This document shows positions 27,901 to 37,003 of a stretch of 64,000 nucleotides of DNA, piece by piece (within the stretch, counting starts at the first letter, position 1; each line of letters begins with the position of its first letter). Both the position numbers and the translations under genes were made by a program. A model generated the notes under the pieces. The model had not been told where the DNA came from and did not search any database. It saw only the letters and a list, made by a program, of their open reading frames with translations. The DNA comes from a virus: positions 1-64,000 of the IMG/VR virus record IMGVR_UViG_3300050821_006637, one strand, 5' to 3'.

Positions 27901-29614
27901 ACCGATTATCGGGTTCCTTGGCGTCGGCAAATTAGGTTTGCCTCTGGCTGTCTCTATCGCTATGAAGGGACACAAGGTTCTGGCTTATGATGTGAATCCA
28001 GGCTTGATGAAGAAGCAAATCTGGCCTCATAGAGAGACTGGACCCGACGGAACTGGAGACTTCCAACCTTACTTGGATTCTGCAGATATTACTTTCTGTC
28101 CGTTAAAAGAGGTCGTGCAGGGAAGTGACATTATTTTCTTGTGTGTGCAGACGCCACACGGAGCGGAATATGAAGGCATTACGAGGTTGCCGTTTTCTAG
28201 GGCAGACTTTGACTATAAGTATCTAAGAGAAGTCGCCCAGCAGGTATCTGAGTATGTTACGCCTCAACAAGCTGTATCTGTCATCTCTACGGTACTTCCA
28301 GGTACGATGAGGAGAGAAGTTCTTCCCTTTTTGCCAGAGGCAGTCTATAATCCTGCTTTCCCTGCTATGGGGACTGTGATGAGGGATTTTTTAGAGCCGG
28401 AGTTCATCCTCTTGGGTGGGACACCTGGTCCGTCTGTCACAAAGCTCAAGGACTTCTATTTCCATCTACTCAATAGGTTCTGTACTGTGATAAGTATTGA
28501 AAGTGCAGAATTGTCCAAGTGTGCGTACAATACTTTCGTATCTATGAAAGTGACAGTCACCAATATGCTGGCAGAGGTAGCCCATAAGATACCTGGGTGC
28601 AATATAGATGAAGTGAGTAGGGTTCTCACGTCTGCGACGAGGAGGGTTTGTTCTCCTGCTTATATGCAAGGAGGGATGGGAGACGGCGGAGCGTGTCTAG
28701 CAAAAGGAACCCTTGTTCGGGTACGAGACGGATGGAAAGTAATAGAACAGATACAGCCTGGGGAGTGGGTTCTGGGTCTAAATGAGAAGACAAATGAGCC
28801 AGCTTGGAATTGTGTGGAAAAGGCTATCTGTAAGGGTAAACAGCAAGTCCTTCGTGTCAAGTTTGACGACACGGAAGTGAAAGCCACACCAGACCATAAG
28901 TTCTTTGTCTCTCTGGGTGCTGCTCCCCATAATTGGATGAAATTGGAGGATACAATCACCAGGAAGAATGTCGGTGGGCAATATGTAGAAGGACACCGAT
29001 TTTTGGGGATTAGATTGCTGGATGAACGTCCGTTTCTAATTGAATCTTGCTCTATGAAAAATGACGTGACAGCGGAGGTGTGGGATTTGTATAATGCATG
29101 TCCCCATCATAACTTCTATGCCAATGGTATCTTAGTTTCAAATTGTCATCCCAGAGACAATATCGCTATGTCCTGGCTCGCAGAAAAGTTGAAACTTTCT
29201 TCTAATCTTTTTGACAAAGTGATGGAAGCCAGAGAATGGCAGACGGAGTGGTTGGCAGACCTTTTCTGTACACACGGAAAAGATATGCCGAAGTATCTCC
29301 TCGGCAAAGCCTACAAAGCCGATAGTGCTATCGTTGCTGGTTCTGCATCTGTCCTCCTTGCCAACATCCTCTACGAAAGACAAATAGACTTCGCACATTG
29401 GGACCCCTATATTGACATAGATGACGAGGATGAGGTAGGGGAGTTCCCAGTTAAGAATCCCTTTGCAGAAGAGAAAGCGTGCTTCTTCATCGGCACACAG
29501 CATTCTATCTTTCGAGAATATAAGTATGCTCCAGGTTCTGTGATTTTAGACCCATTTAGATATATCCCAGAACAACCAGGAGTAAAGATAATACCAATAG
29601 GAGTAGGGAGATGA
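27893..29614 (+). CDS. UDP-glucose/GDP-mannose 6-dehydrogenase family protein with mini-intein
   Basis: GVGKLGLP Rossmann motif, CVQTP, STVLPGT, YNP, SAELSKCAYNTF, GGA|intein|CHPRD, LGKAYK. Confidence 0.92.
   Translation: MTKPIIGFLGVGKLGLPLAVSIAMKGHKVLAYDVNPGLMKKQIWPHRETGPDGTGDFQPYLDSADITFCPLKEVVQGSDIIFLCVQTPHGAEYEGITRLPFSRADFDYKYLREVAQQVSEYVTPQQAVSVISTVLPGTMRREVLPFLPEAVYNPAFPAMGTVMRDFLEPEFILLGGTPGPSVTKLKDFYFHLLNRFCTVISIESAELSKCAYNTFVSMKVTVTNMLAEVAHKIPGCNIDEVSRVLTSATRRVCSPAYMQGGMGDGGACLAKGTLVRVRDGWKVIEQIQPGEWVLGLNEKTNEPAWNCVEKAICKGKQQVLRVKFDDTEVKATPDHKFFVSLGAAPHNWMKLEDTITRKNVGGQYVEGHRFLGIRLLDERPFLIESCSMKNDVTAEVWDLYNACPHHNFYANGILVSNCHPRDNIAMSWLAEKLKLSSNLFDKVMEAREWQTEWLADLFCTHGKDMPKYLLGKAYKADSAIVAGSASVLLANILYERQIDFAHWDPYIDIDDEDEVGEFPVKNPFAEEKACFFIGTQHSIFREYKYAPGSVILDPFRYIPEQPGVKIIPIGVGR
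28694..29143 (+). mobile_element. Mini-intein (150 aa, no endonuclease)
   Basis: CLAKGTLV start, ATPDHKF block B, VWDL...HNFYANGILVSN end, Cys+1. Confidence 0.9.
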
Positions 29615-29886
29615 GCGCCGAATCCACTAGCCCTGATTGCGGTGAATCCTTTCTACACGTCCATCATTGTGAAGGTTGTGGGAAGTGGCGGTGTGAACGT
29701 TGCCAAGAGAAACATAATAGCCATTCCTCTTGTTCCATAATCTCGGCAGCCGAGAAACTGCAGAAAGCCGCTCGTGCCGTTTGTATGGAGGCACATATGT
29801 CCATAGAAAGAATTCCAAATTCCCTTCACCGAACGATATACGAATTAGGCATCGCCCACGATGCCTTTTTAGATGCGCGAGGTTAA
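29611..29886 (+). CDS. Cys/His-rich hypothetical protein
   Basis: CEGC...CERC..KH. Confidence 0.55.
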   Translation: MSAESTSPDCGESFLHVHHCEGCGKWRCERCQEKHNSHSSCSIISAAEKLQKAARAVCMEAHMSIERIPNSLHRTIYELGIAHDAFLDARG

Positions 29887-29887
29887 G

Positions 29888-30067
29888 ATGACCTTCCTAC
29901 CAGCAGATTTCAATCTTCCAAAATGCGTCACGTGCGGAAAAACGCAACTCTGCGATTTCTGTCTTCGCTATAAGATTGATAATCGGTTATCATTTTCAAA
30001 AGATGCGAAGTGGGAACCGATGAAAGGACATTGCTTGGATGGAGTATCTGTTAAAAAGGTAAGATAG
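29888..30067 (+). CDS. Small Cys-rich protein
   Basis: GAGG RBS; CVTC...CDFC. Confidence 0.5.
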   Translation: MTFLPADFNLPKCVTCGKTQLCDFCLRYKIDNRLSFSKDAKWEPMKGHCLDGVSVKKVR

Positions 30068-30119
30068 CCGCTATACTTAGAGTGAGGGAGACCATCTACA
30101 GATTCTGTGGGATTCTGCT

Positions 30120-32933
30120 ATGCCTGTTGTCACAGACGTAAGAGACCATTTGAGATTGCCACCGAGGGTCTCTCCTTCTCTCTTCAAGCCGAAGTTTAAG
30201 AAATCCCTTCCTCCAGCCCTTCGATTTACAAAAAGATACTTCAAACCAGTCTATTGGTGGAAGTCTTTTGACTATAAACGAAAAGCAGCGGATGGCTCTG
30301 ACGCTAGTGCAGAATCTCTTTCTCCGGAAACTCCGGAACCGATTGAACCGCCGAAAGAGGCACCGAAAGAGGAGAAGAAACCGAAAGGGTATTCTAAGGC
30401 TGAGTTAGCTGACCCCGCTTTGTTGGAAGCGAGGAAACAAGCTAAACGAGAGGCACAGAAGGCAAGACAAGAGGCTAAGAAGACCGGAACGTATGTTCCT
30501 AAAAAAACTGGTGCTCGTCAAGGTATGACTCCGGAGCAAAAGGCGGAAAGAGAACGGGAAAGAAGAAGGGCACAGAAAGAAGGAACGGAGTTAACTACTT
30601 CCACTGGGGAATCCACCGAGCAACACGCCGAACGTCTTGCCAATACGAATGAGGAATTAAAATTACAAGCACGGAAAGTCACCCAGAATCGAAGAGGGTG
30701 GGAAACACCGGAGGATTTTAAGGAGCGAGTAGATACAATTGTAGATAGAAGAATGGCTTCCCTGAAGAGACCAAAGAAACGAGCTATAGTCGAAAAGCAA
30801 ATTCTAAATGAGATTATCCAATCAGGGGAAAAGAATAGAGGTTATACGGAAGAGCAGTTAGATGAGGAACTCGGTAAGCGGGTAGATAAAGAAGCTGAAA
30901 AGAAGTATGGGAAGCCGCCCTCTGAGATAATGGCTTTGGCTGAGAAGGATGATTATCTGGCTCTTGAACTAGCTGAACTGATAGACAGAGTCCGTTCCCA
31001 AATCAAACGAGAGTGGTCCTATAAAAAGAAACCTACTCTCGCTCCCAAAGGTACAGACAAAGCCAGAGCGTGGCAAGGACTTGAGCCAGCAGAAAGAGTG
31101 GAAGGGGAAGTGAGCCCCCATCCTGAAGAGATGCCTGTCGCTTCTACAGACCAACCCAATAGATTCGTTCCTTCTACGGAATTATCAAAAGAGGGAGAAG
31201 GGACTAAGAAACCTAGCAGGATGCCCCCCTTTATTCCGCCTCCTCTAAAAGGGAAACCAGGCTCAAAGCCCCGTCGTGGAGAAACACAGCCTCAATTAGA
31301 CCCATCCGTAAATCCACAGATTCCCCTTGAGGATTTACCTGGAACGACTCCTATTCCTACAGATTTTGGACGTGGGTCAACAGAGCACGGCACTCCGTTC
31401 ATTCCCCAACCGGAAAGAGGGAAGCCTGGTTCGAAACCTCGGCACGGAGAAACAATCTCTCATGTCCCGCAGATTCCTCTTCACGATATTCCTGGAACGG
31501 CACGTCCCAATCCACAGGCTGCTTCTGTGGGTTATGGACAAGAGCGGACGCCTTCCAATCAAGGAGGCAATGTCGCCACCTCTATTCCACCAGAATCTGA
31601 AGACCCTCTGGCTATGGAGAAGATGCCCGAATACAGAGCCAATAAAAGAAAGTTAGAATCGGCATTCCAAGGTGGTGGGGAGTCTGGTTGGGGTTTCTCC
31701 GTTCCTTTCACAGAAAGAACAGCCTTCCCCCAGAGAATTAGACCAAAAGAAGGCGGAGGAATGGAACGAGTCCCCTTGAACGAATTTCCCAATGTTCAAG
31801 CACAGACACCAGAGAATCTAGAGGCCATAAAAGAAAGATATAGAACAGAATACCCTCCCCACCCTGTCGATCCTATATCTGGGAAGCCAATAACTCCTTT
31901 GAAACCACCTGAAATTAGAAGGAAACGCACTGCTTCCAGAGAGACAGAATACATTCCATTCAATGCTTCACCCAAAGATTTACCATTGGAAGTCCGTGAA
32001 GCATTAGGAGTGGATTGGAATAAGCCTCTTGGACGACAAAGTAAAGAAGCCAAAGACAATGAAGATACCTTTCTTTCTTTACTTAGTACAGAAGGAATGC
32101 CACAGGGATTGGTGGAAGGACCACCAGAGTCCAATGGTGATGTTACAGAAGGTGTTCAATATGCAATAAATAAGAAGTGGGGGAAACAAGTTTCCTTCTC
32201 TTATGTTATCCATAAGACGAAAGTAGAACCAGGAGAACCCCAACCTCCAGAGACGATGTCTGCAAGAGAGTTGAGAGAGACACTTCTGGGTATGAATCCA
32301 GAATATCCGATTGAGATGCTCCCAGATATTATTTCAGTTAAGAGGAGGAATGTCTTCGTTGCTACAGGTGGAATGGGTAAGAAGAAACGGGGGAAGCCTA
32401 CGGAAGCCCTTGTGATGAAGATGCCTGCCGGTAGCCGCGAAAGATATATGGATGGTGTTGCTTCTGAATTGGGACTTAATGTAGAAAGAGAAGACATTCG
32501 TCAGAAGATACAAGCCCAATTGGCGAATGAAGACCCGATGCTTTTCCAGTATCTGCTACGGAAAATGGGAGCCAGTGCAGAGGAAGCAGCGAAAGCGACA
32601 GCACAATACATAGGTGAGGCAGAAACCAATAAACTCTTCCGTGCCTACAGACAACGGACAGGGGATACGTCAAGATGGTTTAGCTCCCGTCGTGGAGCTG
32701 GGGAAGAGAACGCAGCTAAGAAACGACGAATGGCTGCTGCTCAACAAGCACATGAAACAGGTGAAGAGAATGCAGAACGTCTGCGACGTATGCAAGCTGG
32801 ACAAGTTGGTGGAATGGAACGCAGACGAGACCAGGCAGAGATAGATAGACGCAAGGAAGCTGAAAGGATTTATCAGCAGAAGGAAGCCCAGGAAAGATTG
32901 AAACGTGAACAAGGGTTAAGTGGGGGTCTTTAA
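30120..32933 (+). CDS. Large charged, Pro/Glu-rich, largely disordered protein; candidate internal head protein
   Basis: 937 aa; basic N-terminal leader with KKSL/KSF/RKAA; internal duplication PFIP..GKPGSKPR.GET...PQIPL.D.PGT. Confidence 0.7.
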   Translation: MPVVTDVRDHLRLPPRVSPSLFKPKFKKSLPPALRFTKRYFKPVYWWKSFDYKRKAADGSDASAESLSPETPEPIEPPKEAPKEEKKPKGYSKAELADPALLEARKQAKREAQKARQEAKKTGTYVPKKTGARQGMTPEQKAERERERRRAQKEGTELTTSTGESTEQHAERLANTNEELKLQARKVTQNRRGWETPEDFKERVDTIVDRRMASLKRPKKRAIVEKQILNEIIQSGEKNRGYTEEQLDEELGKRVDKEAEKKYGKPPSEIMALAEKDDYLALELAELIDRVRSQIKREWSYKKKPTLAPKGTDKARAWQGLEPAERVEGEVSPHPEEMPVASTDQPNRFVPSTELSKEGEGTKKPSRMPPFIPPPLKGKPGSKPRRGETQPQLDPSVNPQIPLEDLPGTTPIPTDFGRGSTEHGTPFIPQPERGKPGSKPRHGETISHVPQIPLHDIPGTARPNPQAASVGYGQERTPSNQGGNVATSIPPESEDPLAMEKMPEYRANKRKLESAFQGGGESGWGFSVPFTERTAFPQRIRPKEGGGMERVPLNEFPNVQAQTPENLEAIKERYRTEYPPHPVDPISGKPITPLKPPEIRRKRTASRETEYIPFNASPKDLPLEVREALGVDWNKPLGRQSKEAKDNEDTFLSLLSTEGMPQGLVEGPPESNGDVTEGVQYAINKKWGKQVSFSYVIHKTKVEPGEPQPPETMSARELRETLLGMNPEYPIEMLPDIISVKRRNVFVATGGMGKKKRGKPTEALVMKMPAGSRERYMDGVASELGLNVEREDIRQKIQAQLANEDPMLFQYLLRKMGASAEEAAKATAQYIGEAETNKLFRAYRQRTGDTSRWFSSRRGAGEENAAKKRRMAAAQQAHETGEENAERLRRMQAGQVGGMERRRDQAEIDRRKEAERIYQQKEAQERLKREQGLSGGL

Positions 32934-32955
32934 GAAGTTTTAGGAGACGCACATC

Positions 32956-33180
32956 ATGGATTCTGTTCCAGACTCGTGCTTCTGCACGAATCCTATCCAA
33001 TTCATCGCTAGTCCTACCGAATCTGCTCTACGACAGCAGGTTTACGATGAGACGAAGCAATCCGTCATCCAATTCATCACAAAAGTAGCCGCCTGTTGGA
33101 CGGATGATGTCATCGTGTCCAATGTATTGGATTCCTTGATTTGGGAACTTAATAATGAAGTAGAAGGAGATGAGAAATGA
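32956..33180 (+). CDS. Hypothetical protein
   Basis: GGAGA RBS. Confidence 0.55.
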   Translation: MDSVPDSCFCTNPIQFIASPTESALRQQVYDETKQSVIQFITKVAACWTDDVIVSNVLDSLIWELNNEVEGDEK

Positions 33181-33497
33181 AACGAATGATTTTGACTGTT
33201 GTCTTCAAGCACGCTTCTCAACCATTACAGATAATGTTGCCAGATGGAGAGGCACAGAGTCTCGTCCGTGCTTTCACGTCTGGTGCGAAGGCAGGTTATG
33301 CTCATGGCTATGTGAAAGAGGAGGACTTCACTTATTCTTTTGATTGGAGTGAAGTCGCTGCTCTTTATTTGAATAATTTGGAACTTTTGCAGAAGGCACA
33401 CGCAGAAGCACAGAAGCAACAGATGGCGGGAAAGCCGAGTCTTCCCCCTGGAAAGGGTTTTGGACCAGATTACTTTGGACAGAGTGGGAGGAATTAG
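33177..33497 (+). CDS. Hypothetical protein
   Basis: ATGA overlap, AAGGAG RBS. Confidence 0.6.
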   Translation: MKRMILTVVFKHASQPLQIMLPDGEAQSLVRAFTSGAKAGYAHGYVKEEDFTYSFDWSEVAALYLNNLELLQKAHAEAQKQQMAGKPSLPPGKGFGPDYFGQSGRN

Positions 33498-33499
33498 AG

Positions 33500-33922
33500 A
33501 TGAGTGATTTCAAACCAGGTGACGTAGTTAGATTGAAGAGTGGTGGCCCGAAGATGACTTTGGGGAACTTTGTCGAGATGGGTGGCAACCCTAGAACAGC
33601 CTATTGTTCTTGGTTTGATGGTGGAAAGATGGATACTGCTGCGATATTTCTCCATTGTTTGGAAAAGGTAGAGGAAGAAAGGAGTTGTGAGCCTAGAGTA
33701 GAATATCGTGCTCTTCCCTATGGTGGCAAGTTGTTGGAAGGAGCCAAAGGAACACACGTAAGCGATGTGATTGCCTATACTCTGCAGGAAGGTTATGATG
33801 GTTTCGTTTTCAATGATGTCATCGTCCGTGTGTGGAAAGATTGTACTATCGGAGAATTGATGGAAGAATATAATCGACTCCACAAATTGAAGTACGAACA
33901 GATGTATGGAAAAGGAAAGTAG
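33500..33922 (+). CDS. YodC/DUF2158-like domain protein
   Basis: FKPGDVVRLKSGGPKMT...CSWFDG. Confidence 0.75.
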   Translation: MSDFKPGDVVRLKSGGPKMTLGNFVEMGGNPRTAYCSWFDGGKMDTAAIFLHCLEKVEEERSCEPRVEYRALPYGGKLLEGAKGTHVSDVIAYTLQEGYDGFVFNDVIVRVWKDCTIGELMEEYNRLHKLKYEQMYGKGK

Positions 33923-33940
33923 AAAGAATAGGAGACGAAG

Positions 33941-34714
33941 ATGAAACAGATAGACGTAGGCACGTTTGAAACGACCCTCCACGGACTCCCCTTCCTCTGT
34001 AGTGACGATGCTGCTGTAGGCAGGGTAATCAAAAAGAATGAATATGAATTGAGTGAAATCTACACCATCACTCAAGCTATCAAGCCTGGAGATGTTTTCG
34101 TTGATGCTGGAGCAAACGTCGGCATCTTTACAACCCTCGCTGCCAAACTCGTTGGCTCTACTGGCAGAGTGTTCTCTTTTGAACCAGACCCCTTCAATCA
34201 AAAGATTCTTCGTACCAACGTAGAAAAGAATGGTTTTGGGGATAGAGTGCATATTCATAACGCCGCTGCTGGTGCGAAACAAGGATGGAAGTTCCTCTAT
34301 CAAAGCATCAACAATACTGGTGACCACAGAACCTGGAACGACGGGAAAGAGGAACGACCGACGGCTTCTGTAGAAGTACAATCCATTGATGATGTTTTGA
34401 AGGATTGGCAGAGGATTGATGTTCTCAAGGTTGATGTCCAAGGGGATGAGATGAATGTGCTTCGGGGAGCAGAGCAAGTGATTGACCGCTCCCTCGGTAT
34501 GTTTTTATCCATAGAATATTGGCCTTACGGATTAACACAGAATGGAAGTTCCCCAGTTGAGTTTGCCGACTGGCTGTTCTCTCGCTTCGTCTGTTATGTG
34601 ATGTATCCACAGCAAGCTGGGATGATGCAATCTTGCACGAAGGAAGCCTTGTTGAATGTTTTTGGACATAACGATGACCAAGTATTGAATCTTTGGTGTG
34701 TTAGAAGGCGATAA
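33941..34714 (+). CDS. FkbM-family SAM methyltransferase
   Basis: VFVDAGANVG, VFSFEP, IDVLKVDVQGDEMNVLRGA. Confidence 0.92.
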   Translation: MKQIDVGTFETTLHGLPFLCSDDAAVGRVIKKNEYELSEIYTITQAIKPGDVFVDAGANVGIFTTLAAKLVGSTGRVFSFEPDPFNQKILRTNVEKNGFGDRVHIHNAAAGAKQGWKFLYQSINNTGDHRTWNDGKEERPTASVEVQSIDDVLKDWQRIDVLKVDVQGDEMNVLRGAEQVIDRSLGMFLSIEYWPYGLTQNGSSPVEFADWLFSRFVCYVMYPQQAGMMQSCTKEALLNVFGHNDDQVLNLWCVRRR

Positions 34715-34740
34715 TAAAGTAGGAAAGAGGAGACGCTAAG

Positions 34741-36468
34741 ATGTTGAATTTCGTTAAGCAAGATGGTTGGAAGGTACTTGAACTAGGTAATGGAGGAGCT
34801 TCTCTCCCCAATATTGATGTAAGAGTGGATAAGAACCCTGTGGAGGGAGTCACTCACTTCTCTGCTAACTTAGATGCGGACGAGTGGCTGGAAATCGGCA
34901 GTGATGCCTTTGACCTCGTTGTCTGCCAGTGCTTTACAGAAGTAGCCACTCATCCTCTCTCTTTCCTCAAGCAAGTCCTCCGTATCCTCAAGCCAGGAGG
35001 GAATATTCTCTTTGAGGCGGAATATAGGAATGAAGTGGAGGAGGGTTCTTCTGTCCTCACTCCTTCTAAAGCCTCCAAGTTATTCACCTCTGCTGGATTC
35101 AAAGATGTCCTCCTTATGCCTGTTAGTGAAACGAGGATGAGCATAGAGGCGGAGAAGGGTTTGGGGGGGAAGCCTGTCGCCCAAGTGCCCGTAAACCCCC
35201 TAGAAAATGCACCAAACGTGCGAGGAGACACTCAAACACCCCAAGGGGTGTCAACCACCACCTTGCCTGTTGAGGCTGTTTCACAGCCTCCTACGCAACC
35301 GAGTAAGCCAGCGAGTGAGATTTACAACAGAAAGTATTTTGAGAGCTACCAAGGAGGAGGCTTTCTATGGGATTTTCCTTCCAATGAACTCATCGCACGG
35401 AAACTCGTATCCACTTACTCTCCACAAAGTGTCCTTGAACTCGGTTGCTCACGCGGATATGTAATCAAGCGTCTCCAGGATAGAGGAATCCGTGTCCAAG
35501 GAGTGGACGTTAGCAAGCACGCTTGGATGACGAGGGTCTGCGACCCGATTATTATCCATGACTTATTGGAATCGCCGTGGCCTCTCGGAAAGCAGGAATT
35601 TGATTTATGCTTTACGCAGAATCTGTTAGAGCACATTCCGGAAGCAAAGTTAGAAGTATTCGTAGAAGAGCTAAAGCGGGTTTCCAAGAGAGGCGTCCAC
35701 GCTATCGTCTTCCAAGGAACCCCAGCTCAATTGGATTCCACACGCTGCACACTCAAAACCAAGGATTGGTGGAAACGAATATTACCAGAGACGCATGAGG
35801 TAGTTGACCCGACGGAATTGACTGGTGATGGGACTCTGCCAGAGGACTATGTGAAGGGAGACGGGAAGATAAAGTTGAATCTCGGATGTGCCTTCACTAT
35901 GTATCATAACGGGTGGCAGAGTCTGGACGTGATAGATGCCATTGGATTTTCGCAGGCTTTTGGATACAACTTCAAGCGGCACGATATCAATCAAGGTCTC
36001 CCGTACTCCACTGGGGTAGTTGACTGCATCCAACTTCATCACGTGTTGGAGCACTTTTCTTACGCAGATGGTTTGAAGTTGTTAAGGGAGTGCAGAAGGG
36101 TGATACGGACAGACGGAGCGATGAGGATAGTAGTGCCTTCGACAAAGAAATTGTGTGAACTTTACGCCAGTGTATCTACCCATTTGCGAAAACTGGAAGA
36201 GTTTGATGAAGTAAATGAAGGTTGTTCTAAATCAGTTACAGACTCACAGCGTCTTTGGTCTGTATTAGGAGAAGGGCATCGTGCGTTTTATGATTTGGAA
36301 ACAGCAGAGTATTTACTCAAGGAAAGTGGCTGGACTCCTTACTTATCTGCTTTCCGGTCCTCTTCGTCATCTGGGCACATTGCTCTCCAACAGATACAGA
36401 GAGAATGTGTGGAGTATGATTACGGCGGATTGAGCCTCTTCGTCAATGCTCTTCCTTCTGTGGGTTGA
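34741..36468 (+). CDS. Protein with three tandem class I SAM-methyltransferase domains
   Basis: Three motif-I copies (VLELGNGG, VLELGCSRG, KLNLGCA); RILKPGG, LLEHI, HVLEH..RRVIRTDG. Confidence 0.85.
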   Translation: MLNFVKQDGWKVLELGNGGASLPNIDVRVDKNPVEGVTHFSANLDADEWLEIGSDAFDLVVCQCFTEVATHPLSFLKQVLRILKPGGNILFEAEYRNEVEEGSSVLTPSKASKLFTSAGFKDVLLMPVSETRMSIEAEKGLGGKPVAQVPVNPLENAPNVRGDTQTPQGVSTTTLPVEAVSQPPTQPSKPASEIYNRKYFESYQGGGFLWDFPSNELIARKLVSTYSPQSVLELGCSRGYVIKRLQDRGIRVQGVDVSKHAWMTRVCDPIIIHDLLESPWPLGKQEFDLCFTQNLLEHIPEAKLEVFVEELKRVSKRGVHAIVFQGTPAQLDSTRCTLKTKDWWKRILPETHEVVDPTELTGDGTLPEDYVKGDGKIKLNLGCAFTMYHNGWQSLDVIDAIGFSQAFGYNFKRHDINQGLPYSTGVVDCIQLHHVLEHFSYADGLKLLRECRRVIRTDGAMRIVVPSTKKLCELYASVSTHLRKLEEFDEVNEGCSKSVTDSQRLWSVLGEGHRAFYDLETAEYLLKESGWTPYLSAFRSSSSSGHIALQQIQRECVEYDYGGLSLFVNALPSVG

Positions 36469-36492
36469 GAGTTAACTAGAAAAGGAGATGAA

Positions 36493-36927
36493 ATGATTCA
36501 TTCTATTCAAGTTGGATGTGATGAGGATGGAGACAGAGGAGTGGTTCTTTACGAAGGTCCAGAATTCGTTAATCTGTCTAAGTTGAGTGATGATTTCTAC
36601 AAAAGATTCGTCGTGCCTGAATCTGACTATCCTGAATGTGATGCTCCACTCCTCCCTCAAGAACCTCGGAATGACAATTCTGTTTCTTGTTGTTCTGGTT
36701 TCTTTACTGGATTCGAATTTAAGAATTACGATCACCAGTCAAAGGAATACAAGGCATACGAAAAGGAATGTAATAGAATAAGGAATGCCTGGGTTAAGGA
36801 ACGAGAAGACAGAATAAAAGAGGCGAAGAAGACCTATCCTGGAAAGGAACTTTTTGATATGTTCCTTTCCTACTTGGAAATTGAGCACGGATTCAAAAAA
36901 GTTCCGTGTAGGGAGTGGAACCTCTAA
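36493..36927 (+). CDS. Hypothetical protein
   Basis: AAGGAG RBS, 144 aa. Confidence 0.6.
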   Translation: MIHSIQVGCDEDGDRGVVLYEGPEFVNLSKLSDDFYKRFVVPESDYPECDAPLLPQEPRNDNSVSCCSGFFTGFEFKNYDHQSKEYKAYEKECNRIRNAWVKEREDRIKEAKKTYPGKELFDMFLSYLEIEHGFKKVPCREWNL

Positions 36928-36939
36928 ATCCATCACAGA

Positions 36940-36997
36940 TTGACCCCTACCCCACTCTATCCATAAACTAGAGTGGGGTATTTTATTTACTGGGGTC
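36940..36997 (+). terminator. Perfect 12-bp hairpin plus T-tract, overlapping a sigma70-like promoter
   Basis: TACCCCACTCTA (36948-59) / TAGAGTGGGGTA (36969-80) then TTTTATTT; TTGACC-N18-TAAACT overlaps it. Confidence 0.55.
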
Positions 36998-37003
36998 TCT
37001 TTC

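Noticed and set aside
33494-34477. 327-aa minus-strand ORF
   Set aside because: Antisense shadow of the YodC-like and FkbM genes; no motifs.
9632-36468. Glycosyltransferases as a DNA hypermodification pathway
   Set aside because: No base-hydroxymethylating or nucleotide-modifying genes in this window and the context is structural; disfavoured, not excluded.
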